DNA of 64,000 bases from Candidatus Woesebacteria bacterium (GTDB lineage: Bacteria; Patescibacteriota; Microgenomatia; UBA1400; PJMF01): contig JASFHL010000004.1 of assembly GCA_050123235.1 (NCBI GenBank), forward strand, positions 40,558 through 104,557, given 5' to 3'. This document shows, piece after piece, positions 46,749 to 54,356 of the stretch. Within the stretch, counting starts at the first letter, position 1; each line of letters starts with the position of its first letter. The notes under the pieces are model-generated. The model saw nothing but the letters and a program-made list of their open reading frames with translations. It was not told the origin of the DNA and did not search any database. Both the position numbers and the translations under genes were made by a program.

Positions 46749-47732
46749 CTAAAATAAATGTTCTTCAATAAACTGAGGCTTTTCCCCTACCTTAGCTGTA
46801 ATTACTTTTTTAACCAAATCTAAATTCTTCAAACGCTTTTCAACAATTGCTTCAAATTTGGGTAAAGTCATCACGTGAACATTAAAACCTGTATTAATTG
46901 TAAAATAAGCTTCAATCCCCTCTTTCCTCATTTTTTGCACTTCATGCATTACTTGAAGCGTACCGGGATACCAGAAAATTAAAGGTGGCTGACTAGTTAG
47001 TAAGATACTGTGAAACTCCAAAGCTTCTGCCTCAATTAATTCCCCCAATTTTCTAAAATCTCTATCTTTAATAGCATCTTTAATTTGAAATATTTTCTTT
47101 TTTATATTTTGTAACCTCGCTGGATAAAAAAGACTTGTACCAGCTTTTTTGTGTCCTGCTGTGCTCGAAACTTCTTTTCTACTAGTGCTCACTACCGCCA
47201 CCATATCTCTCAAATCCCAATGATTGGCTAGAAAAATTGTTTCTGAAAAAGATGTCTTAGAAGTGTTGCCATCTTTCCACTCAACAAAGCCAGCACAAGC
47301 GCAACGACAAGCAGTTCCAGAGGCTTGTCGCCCCAGAATACTTAATTCCTTTTCTGATAAATTTAAATCTAAAGCTTTACTAGCAGCATAAGTCAAAGCC
47401 GCCATCCCTGAGCCAGAACTTGATAAACCCGTGCTTCTCGGGAAGTTGTTTTCAGAAATAACTTTAGCAAAAATATTTTTATTAGCCAGTTTCCTAATTC
47501 TATTTAGTTGCTTGACCACTCTGGCTGCTTCTCTACCTTCTGCCTTTTTCCCTGCTATTTTAATTTCATCTGCTTTTAACTTGGAATCAAAATCTACAGT
47601 GGTAGTTGTTTCCAGACCAGCCAAAACCATGGAAATACTACCATTTTCTGGCAAACGCAAAATTTCATTTTTTTTCCCCCAATATTTGATAAAGGCAATA
47701 TCAGGAGATGCTTTGACTGTTGTTTTATGCAT
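46749..47732 (-). CDS. mvaD: Diphosphomevalonate decarboxylase
   Basis: IAFIKYWGK.....LP.N.SIS, NNFP...GLSSSGSG.AAL, R.ASGTACR, K.VSST.G. Confidence 0.93.
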   Translation of the reverse strand: MHKTTVKASPDIAFIKYWGKKNEILRLPENGSISMVLAGLETTTTVDFDSKLKADEIKIAGKKAEGREAARVVKQLNRIRKLANKNIFAKVISENNFPRSTGLSSSGSGMAALTYAASKALDLNLSEKELSILGRQASGTACRCACAGFVEWKDGNTSKTSFSETIFLANHWDLRDMVAVVSTSRKEVSSTAGHKKAGTSLFYPARLQNIKKKIFQIKDAIKDRDFRKLGELIEAEALEFHSILLTSQPPLIFWYPGTLQVMHEVQKMRKEGIEAYFTINTGFNVHVMTLPKFEAIVEKRLKNLDLVKKVITAKVGEKPQFIEEHLF

Positions 47733-47765
47733 ATTCTTTTATTAAGCGATGTAAGAGTAATGAAG

Positions 47766-47917
47766 TTAGAGTTATATTAAAAACAGAATACGTTCGCTGT
47801 AACATTTTTTTATTTTTAAAAAACTAGGCTCACTTGGTGAAGCTCGGCAGTATACAAAGTGCTAACTTAAATCTAGCTAGACCTCGCTTCAACACTCTGT
47901 TTTTAATATAATTCTAA
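47766..47917 (-). ncRNA. Dispersed structured element, full copy D
   Basis: 22-bp arms at 47766-47787 / 47896-47917 with 1 mismatch; one arm overlaps the mvk stop codon. Minus-strand core TGTTGAAGCGAGGTCTAGCTAG..TTAGC..TACTGCCGAGCTTCACCAAGTGAGCC..ACAGCGAACG. Confidence 0.7.
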
Positions 47918-48882
47918 TTCTCTAGCCTTACTCCCTCAACATCTAAATTTACTTTAATTAGTTTACCACCGGCGTTTTTCAGGCTAGCAGCAACTTTTTC
48001 AATCTTGGATTCTTCTGCTACAGCAATCATACAATCCCCTCCTCCAGCTCCAGACAATTTAGCTCCTGTTGCTCCAGCTTTTTCTGCTGCCCTAATCAGT
48101 TTTTCTAACTCTAAACTGCTTACTTCCAATTTTCTTAACAAAGTCTGATTTGCTTTCATTAAATCTCCTAGTTTTTTTATGTCGTTGCTTGCCAAAACTT
48201 TCTTAGCCTGTTCTACAATCCTATCAATTTCTTCAAAAACCTCCCCTATTTTCACTGGATTTTTATCTTTTAAGTTAGCAACCATTCTAATCAAAGTTGG
48301 AGTGTCAGCTTTAACGCCAGTATAGCCTACTAATAATGGCAAGTTCTTGATTTGAATTGTTTCCACCTTATCAGCTGGGGGCACATAATAGATTGTGCCT
48401 CCCCAAATTGCGGCTGCGAGATCAAAACCAGATCCTACGCCTTGTACCTCCAAAACAGCTTGATAACAAAGATCAAATAGCTCTTTTTTGCTTAAATTAA
48501 AACCATATAAAGTAGTTAATGCCTTAGCAAAGGCCACAGTCACAGCACTACTAGAACCAAAACCAAAAGAGCTGGAGAAATCACTCTTTGTAATCACATG
48601 AACACCCTTCTTCTGAGGATATTTTTCCAAAAAGCGTTTATACAAAGTTTCTACAAAACGCACAGACTTCGGAGGTTTTTTGCCCAAATCTGCTATTGTC
48701 TTAGAATAAATCTTTAAACCCAAATCAGGAGCTTCCAAAGAAAAAACATCATTTCCATTTTGTTTTACAGTCACAAATAGATGCTGATCTACAGCTGTCA
48801 CAATACAGGGATGGCCATGAACGACACTATGTTCGCCAAAAAGCATTAATTTTCCTGGAGCTGAAGCAGTGACTGCTTTCAT
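47914..48882 (-). CDS. mvk: Mevalonate kinase (GHMP kinase; phosphomevalonate kinase not excluded)
   Basis: SAPGKLMLFGEHSVVHG, GFGSSSA, GSGFD.AA...GG, YTG....T, GAKLSGAGGGDC. The ATG at 48882 is preferred. Confidence 0.85.
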   Translation of the reverse strand: MKAVTASAPGKLMLFGEHSVVHGHPCIVTAVDQHLFVTVKQNGNDVFSLEAPDLGLKIYSKTIADLGKKPPKSVRFVETLYKRFLEKYPQKKGVHVITKSDFSSSFGFGSSSAVTVAFAKALTTLYGFNLSKKELFDLCYQAVLEVQGVGSGFDLAAAIWGGTIYYVPPADKVETIQIKNLPLLVGYTGVKADTPTLIRMVANLKDKNPVKIGEVFEEIDRIVEQAKKVLASNDIKKLGDLMKANQTLLRKLEVSSLELEKLIRAAEKAGATGAKLSGAGGGDCMIAVAEESKIEKVAASLKNAGGKLIKVNLDVEGVRLEN

Positions 48883-48966
48883 AAGACATATATTATAGTC
48901 GTAAAAATTGGAGAAAATCATGCAAGTAAATTTTTAGCCGACGGCTCTCAAACTACTTGATTAATT

Positions 48967-49173
48967 TTAGTTTTTCTCATCACTCTTTCTCTGACCATTT
49001 CTCAAAACCTTATAAACAACTTGGACTCCCAGTTGTGTGGCAGCATCAAACACTCCTCTAACAATGATAACGTCTTTCCCTTTTCCATTTAAAATAACAG
49101 TCTGCTTATCTGGGCGCAAAGCATAGCGCCAAGCTTGTCCTCTCCAGTTTGAAATATGTTCCGAATTTCCCAC
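48967..49173 (-). CDS. Small hypothetical protein
   Basis: 68 aa; GTG start with a strong SD (GAGGAG) 4 nt upstream. Confidence 0.5.
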   Translation of the reverse strand: MGNSEHISNWRGQAWRYALRPDKQTVILNGKGKDVIIVRGVFDAATQLGVQVVYKVLRNGQRKSDEKN

Positions 49174-49366
49174 AATACTCCTCTCTAAAGCTGGCCAGCA
49201 AAAATTGCTAAGTTAAAATTTTTAAAATATTAATTTTTTCCAAAGACAACAATTTAGTCGCTAAAAATTAAGAAAAACATTCAAAGTAATAAAGAAGCTT
49301 TGTCCTGTAAAGAGACAAGTTTATGCTTAATCTAAGTTTCTCAGACTGAAAAATTATCTTTTCTAT

Positions 49367-50134
49367 TTAAGAAAGAAGCTCCTTCAAATTCTTTTCCAAA
49401 CGCCCATCTTGCGCCATCATAATTGTCCACGGAACCAGCTCGATGGTTTTTTCCGATATATCAACTGTTTTGCCGCCAACCCTCTTTCTTAACTGAGTTA
49501 AGTTCATGGTTAGACTGTCTTTTGGATCAGGCATTTCAACTAGTCGCATTTTTGCTAATAATTCATTTAAATTAAACCAAGCTACTTCAGAAACCTCATC
49601 AGGATTAATCTTTACTTTGCCGTTGTATTTACCAATAAAAACTTTATCAATTTCATGTTCGGAGTATTGCTCATTACCATAAGCTTTATAAGAAAAAGTG
49701 TAAATAGGTTTTAATTGCAGCAATTTCTTTTTTGCTGTCTTCTCACTAAGGCCCTCTCTATCTTTTTGCCCATACACCGGTTTTTTTCCACCGCGCTTGC
49801 ATCCGCCATCAGCACTGTTATCCTTTTTACTATTTTCCCCCATCAAAACTTTTTCCATTCCCAATTCTTCTTTTAATCTTCTGAAAGCACAAGCTTTATA
49901 GCTCTCCCCCAAGCGAACATTGCCACAAATAGTATTAGCCCATAAACCAGCCCCTACAATTTTCTTCTTACTTCTTTTTTGAAATAAAACCTCTCCGTTA
50001 TCATTAATCAACCACACAGAAACAGCGCGATGCAATTTGGGAGGATTTTCATGTACTTGATATTTCTCCATTACTCCAATTTCACGATCATCCTGATCAA
50101 CCAGAGCTAGTTTTTCTTGAATTTTTGATTTCAT
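49367..50134 (-). CDS. idi: Isopentenyl-diphosphate delta-isomerase type 1 (Nudix fold)
   Basis: LVD..D..IG...K..VH....LHRAVSV.L, Q.RS..K....LW.NT.CG, RRL.EELG, EHEID, P.EV. The ATG at 50134 is preferred. Confidence 0.9.
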   Translation of the reverse strand: MKSKIQEKLALVDQDDREIGVMEKYQVHENPPKLHRAVSVWLINDNGEVLFQKRSKKKIVGAGLWANTICGNVRLGESYKACAFRRLKEELGMEKVLMGENSKKDNSADGGCKRGGKKPVYGQKDREGLSEKTAKKKLLQLKPIYTFSYKAYGNEQYSEHEIDKVFIGKYNGKVKINPDEVSEVAWFNLNELLAKMRLVEMPDPKDSLTMNLTQLRKRVGGKTVDISEKTIELVPWTIMMAQDGRLEKNLKELLS

Positions 50135-50178
50135 AATCTGAATAATTGTAATATATTTGGATAATTTTAGCATTGTAA

Positions 50179-50320
50179 TAATTCATTTCTTATGGGGGTA
50201 AAGAAAAAATATATAAACTAGGGCATTGAGCTGTGCCCTGGTTTAATAAGATACTAGGTGAAACAAAAAACTATTTTGCAGCGAACGACCCTAATTCTTA
50301 TATATTGTGAGAATGAATTA
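50179..50320 (+). repeat. Degenerate, internally deleted copy of the dispersed element
   Basis: Retains TTGCAGCGAACGAC (50276-50289) and arms AATATATAAACTAGGG / CCCTAATTCTTATATATT, extended by TAATTCATT/AATGAATTA. Confidence 0.55.
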
Positions 50321-50365
50321 AAATTCTTCGCGATGTTTAAAGCAATTATGATAAAATAACCAGAT

Positions 50366-52720
50366 ATGGACAAACGCTACAACCATCTCCAGTTTGAAAA
50401 AAAAATCTATCAACTTTGGGAAAAAAACAATTGTTTTAACCCTGACTATTCCAAAAAAAAACAAGGCGACTCCGCCACTACAAAAAAAAACAAAAAAACT
50501 TTTACCATCATCATGCCCCCTCCCAACGCTAATGATCCTTTGCACATCGGTCATGCCATGTTTGTTAGCCTTGAAGACATTATGATCCGTTATCATCGAA
50601 TGCTCGGAGAAGATACTTTGTGGCTACCAGGAACAGATCACGCTGGAATTGAAACTCAATTTGTATTTGAAAAAAAATTAAAAAAACAGGGCAAGAGCCG
50701 TTTTCAATATGATCGAGAAACTCTTTATCAAAAAATTTGGGACTATGTCCAAGAGAACTCTGATGTAGCTGTTGATCAAATTAAAAAACTGGGAGCCAGT
50801 GCTGATTGGAGTAGATTTAAATTTACGCTTGACGAAGACGTAGTTGATTCCGTACTTGATTCTTTTGAAAAACTAAAGAAAGGAAAACTGATTTATCGTT
50901 CTAATAACTTAGTTAATTATTGTACCAATTGCGGAACTGCTTTTAGTAATCTTGAGGTCAAACAGCAAGAACAACAATCCCCACTCTACTATTTAAAATA
51001 TGGGCCCTTAACAGTTGCTACCACCAGACCAGAAACTAAATTTGCAGATATTGCTTTGGCTGTTAATCCTCAAGATAAACGCTATCAAAAATATGTTGGT
51101 CAGGAAATTAAAATTAACTGCCTGGCAGACGAAAAAGAAGCTCTTCAAAATGATCAAGTTCTCAAACTAAAAGTGATTGCTGATGAATTTGTTGATCCAG
51201 AGTTCGGAACTGGAGTAGTAAAAATTACTCCTTTCCATGATTTTAATGATTTTGAATTCTGGACTAAATATCAAAAACAACTGCCAAAGCCAGCCACAGC
51301 AATTGATTTCAATGGTCGTTTAACAGCGTTAGCCGGCAAATATGCTGGCCTTAAAGTACATATAGCCAGAGAACAAATCGTTAAAGACTTAAAAGAAAAA
51401 AAATTATTAATTAAAGTTAATGAAAAATATCAAAACAAGGTGGGCACTTGCTATCGCTGTGGCAAAGCCATTGAGCCTCTTCCCCTCCCTCAATTTTATA
51501 TCAAAGTTAAACCTTTGGTAAAAGCTGTCTTAAAAGCAATAGCTCAAGGAGAACTTGAGGTTTTAGGAGCTGGGCATGATAAGATTCTAAGACATTGGTT
51601 GGAAATTCTTGATGATTGGAATATTAGCCGACAGATTGTTTGGGGTATCAGAATGCCAGTTTGGTATGACATCAGCGAAAACTCAAACATTCAAATTAGT
51701 TTTATTGATAAAAATGGTCAAAAAGTTAGTGGCACAATTGGCGATTTACTAAAAGAAAGAACTACATCTACTACCACTAAAAGCTCTCAAGTAAATTTAA
51801 AAAATTCAAAAAAAACAATCTCCAGCAATAAACAAGGCTATTCTCTAACAGAAATCAATGCCGGACTTCAAGAATTGATGGCTCCAATTACTGCCGCTTA
51901 TAAAATTTCTAAAAAATCACCTGGTAAAAACTATATTCAAGAGACAGACACTTTTGACACCTGGTTTTCATCTAGCCAATGGCCTTTTGTAACTCTAAAA
52001 AATACTCAGGCTGGGGACTTTGAACGTTTCTACCCCACTCAAGTTATGGAAACAGCTTATGACATTTTAATGTTTTGGGTGATGAGAATGTTGATGATGG
52101 GAAAATTTATTACTGGTAAACTTCCTTTTAATCAAGTTTACTTACACGGCCTAATTAGAGATGCCAAAGGCCAAAAGATGAGCAAAAGTAAAGGCAATGT
52201 AGTTAATCCTTTGGAAATAAGCGAAAAATATAGCGCTGACGCGCTCAGAATGGCATTAGTAATTCGCTCATCACCTGGTTTAGACAAAGCTGTGGGAATG
52301 CCTGATTTTAAAGCAGCCAGAAATTTGAACAATAAACTTTGGAATGCTAGTAGGTTTGTGCTTTTGATACTAGAAAACAAGCAAGAAGCTGCAAAAAAGA
52401 ATGAAAAACAAGAAGAAGCTTTTGATAAAAAGCTGAAAAAACTGATCATCCAGATAAACCAACAACTTAAAAAACAAAAAATTGGTCTGGCAGCAGAGAC
52501 TCTTTATAATGAGTTTTGGCACTGGTATTGTGACCAAGTAATTGAAGAATGTAAAAAAGGGCAAATTTCTCAAGCAGCACTACTTAAAGGTTTGATTACT
52601 TTTCTCAAGCTCTTTCATCCTTTTTTACCTTTTATCACCGAAGCTATTTGGCAGGAATTAAAAAAGAAGAAATTAGTTAATGAAAAATTTTTAATTAGAG
52701 CTTCTTGGCCAGGGGTGTAA
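50366..52720 (+). CDS. valS: Valine--tRNA ligase (no C-terminal coiled-coil arm)
   Basis: PPPNA...LHIGHA, PGTDHAGIETQ, TTRPET, FGTG.VKITP.HD, DW.ISRQI.WG, DTWFSS, KMSKSKGN. Confidence 0.97.
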   Translation: MDKRYNHLQFEKKIYQLWEKNNCFNPDYSKKKQGDSATTKKNKKTFTIIMPPPNANDPLHIGHAMFVSLEDIMIRYHRMLGEDTLWLPGTDHAGIETQFVFEKKLKKQGKSRFQYDRETLYQKIWDYVQENSDVAVDQIKKLGASADWSRFKFTLDEDVVDSVLDSFEKLKKGKLIYRSNNLVNYCTNCGTAFSNLEVKQQEQQSPLYYLKYGPLTVATTRPETKFADIALAVNPQDKRYQKYVGQEIKINCLADEKEALQNDQVLKLKVIADEFVDPEFGTGVVKITPFHDFNDFEFWTKYQKQLPKPATAIDFNGRLTALAGKYAGLKVHIAREQIVKDLKEKKLLIKVNEKYQNKVGTCYRCGKAIEPLPLPQFYIKVKPLVKAVLKAIAQGELEVLGAGHDKILRHWLEILDDWNISRQIVWGIRMPVWYDISENSNIQISFIDKNGQKVSGTIGDLLKERTTSTTTKSSQVNLKNSKKTISSNKQGYSLTEINAGLQELMAPITAAYKISKKSPGKNYIQETDTFDTWFSSSQWPFVTLKNTQAGDFERFYPTQVMETAYDILMFWVMRMLMMGKFITGKLPFNQVYLHGLIRDAKGQKMSKSKGNVVNPLEISEKYSADALRMALVIRSSPGLDKAVGMPDFKAARNLNNKLWNASRFVLLILENKQEAAKKNEKQEEAFDKKLKKLIIQINQQLKKQKIGLAAETLYNEFWHWYCDQVIEECKKGQISQAALLKGLITFLKLFHPFLPFITEAIWQELKKKKLVNEKFLIRASWPGV

Positions 52721-52756
52721 ATTAAGGTTATAATGCCTTTTAGAATTCTCAATTAA

Positions 52757-53224
52757 TTGTTTGGAATAAGTCATCTTATGAATCACCTGCTCTTCTCTAT
52801 TTTTATTTTTAGATTGGCAGTATCACTTAAAGTTTTTCTTTTCCGGCTCTTTCTAATTAAAATTCAACATCTTAAAATATTTTTTTTAACTCTTTTTCTA
52901 CTCTCTTCTCAGATCCTTTTATTACTCAATCAAGTAAAAACAAAAACAATTATCCCTTCAATAAATATACCAAAACAAAGAGAATCATTACTAAAACTCA
53001 ACTCTGTCTATAATTACCAGATAGAAAATAAAAAACAAACACTTAAATTAGAACTTGAGAAATATCAGGCTGCATTAGAAAAACAAGCAAATCATCGTGA
53101 TGTCTTGCTTAATCTGGCTATAATTAACTTAGAATTGGAAAACAAAGAAGAATCACAATCCTATTTGGAAAAAGCCAGGCAGCTTGATCCAAATAACGAG
53201 CTTTTCAAAAAAATAAAAGAATAA
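52757..53224 (+). CDS. Membrane-anchored TPR protein
   Basis: Hydrophobic N-terminus; C-terminal TPR-like HRDVLLNLA......YLEKARQLDPNN. The start may be the ATG at 52778. Confidence 0.7.
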   Translation: MFGISHLMNHLLFSIFIFRLAVSLKVFLFRLFLIKIQHLKIFFLTLFLLSSQILLLLNQVKTKTIIPSINIPKQRESLLKLNSVYNYQIENKKQTLKLELEKYQAALEKQANHRDVLLNLAIINLELENKEESQSYLEKARQLDPNNELFKKIKE

Positions 53225-53228
53225 CTTA

Positions 53229-53945
53229 CTATTTACCCTCTTTTTTCTCCTCTACAGCTTCTTTTTCTGTAGCTTTTTCTTCTGTTTTTTCTGCACTTGG
53301 TTCTTCTGTTTCAGCTTTAGCTTCTTTATCAGTCTCTTCCCCTTCTCCCTCTAATTCTTCTTCAACTTCCACAGGCTCCTCTTCTTCTTCTTTAACCTCT
53401 TGGACTAAAACCACGGGTGCTTCCATCCCCTCTTCTCCAATCACAATCTCAACTTTTTCTTTATCATACTCAAGATCAGCCAGAGTCACTGACTGCCCAA
53501 TTTCACTTAGTTTCTCTACATTTATTTCAAACTTTTCTGGTAAATCTGTAGGAAGAGCTTCTACTTCAATACTGTCTCTAACAGTTACTAAGACAGCATC
53601 TTTTACCTCAAATTCCCCTACTAGCTCTACAGGCACTTCTGCTTTTAATTTGTCTTTAAGATCAACTTGTTTAAAAACAACATGAATTAATCTACCCTTT
53701 ACAGGAGAAAGCTGTACATCATCTATCAAGACAGGAATTTGTTTTTTATCAGCAATTTGTAAATACACCAATCCTGTTTCACCCACTTTATCACTTAATT
53801 TTTCAAAAGCTAGAGTTTTAGCTTGGATTGCTTGAGATTTTTTACCAGGTCCATAAACATTAGCTGGGATTATCCCCTCTTCTCTGAGTTGCTTGTTTTT
53901 TTTAGCAGAGTCGCGCAAATCAACTTTAAAAACTACTTTATCCAT
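53229..53945 (-). CDS. rplY: 50S ribosomal protein L25/general stress protein Ctc
   Basis: LR.EG.IPANVYG, DVQ..PV.G...HV.F, VPVELVG, VEALP.DLPE; acidic tail. Confidence 0.93.
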   Translation of the reverse strand: MDKVVFKVDLRDSAKKNKQLREEGIIPANVYGPGKKSQAIQAKTLAFEKLSDKVGETGLVYLQIADKKQIPVLIDDVQLSPVKGRLIHVVFKQVDLKDKLKAEVPVELVGEFEVKDAVLVTVRDSIEVEALPTDLPEKFEINVEKLSEIGQSVTLADLEYDKEKVEIVIGEEGMEAPVVLVQEVKEEEEEPVEVEEELEGEGEETDKEAKAETEEPSAEKTEEKATEKEAVEEKKEGK

Positions 53946-54356
53946 AAAACTTTCCTTTAAAATAAATAAAGATTCCTTAATTCATAATCAAGTTGTATTT
54001 AAACTTAAGAGTTAAGTTTGTCTTTGAAAAAAAGACACATGCAATTGTATCATATTTTTTCAAATAAAAATTTTAAAAACTAAGTGTTTTTTTAAAAAAG
54101 CTAATTAGCTCTATTTAAGGGTCTTTTTAAAGTGGAAGTTTCTTTTTAAAACTCTAATTTAATAATCAGATAAAAATGGCTTTTATTACACACTGGATAC
54201 TCATTTTTTTCACGTGCTGAAAAAACTTTGTTAAAAAAAAGGCTCATGGGTCAAGTAAAAACTTATGTTTCTCCAACTTACTTAAAAAAGGGCCTTTGTT
54301 ATAGAAAGATATGGTGGTTATTGAAAACCAAAACATTCTATTAACAGCTACAAATC

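Noticed and set aside
41925-49855. Protein loop insertions as in-frame copies of the repeat (Rickettsia RPE-like)
   Set aside because: The recF and idi insert DNA shows no similarity to the element core and no palindromic structure.
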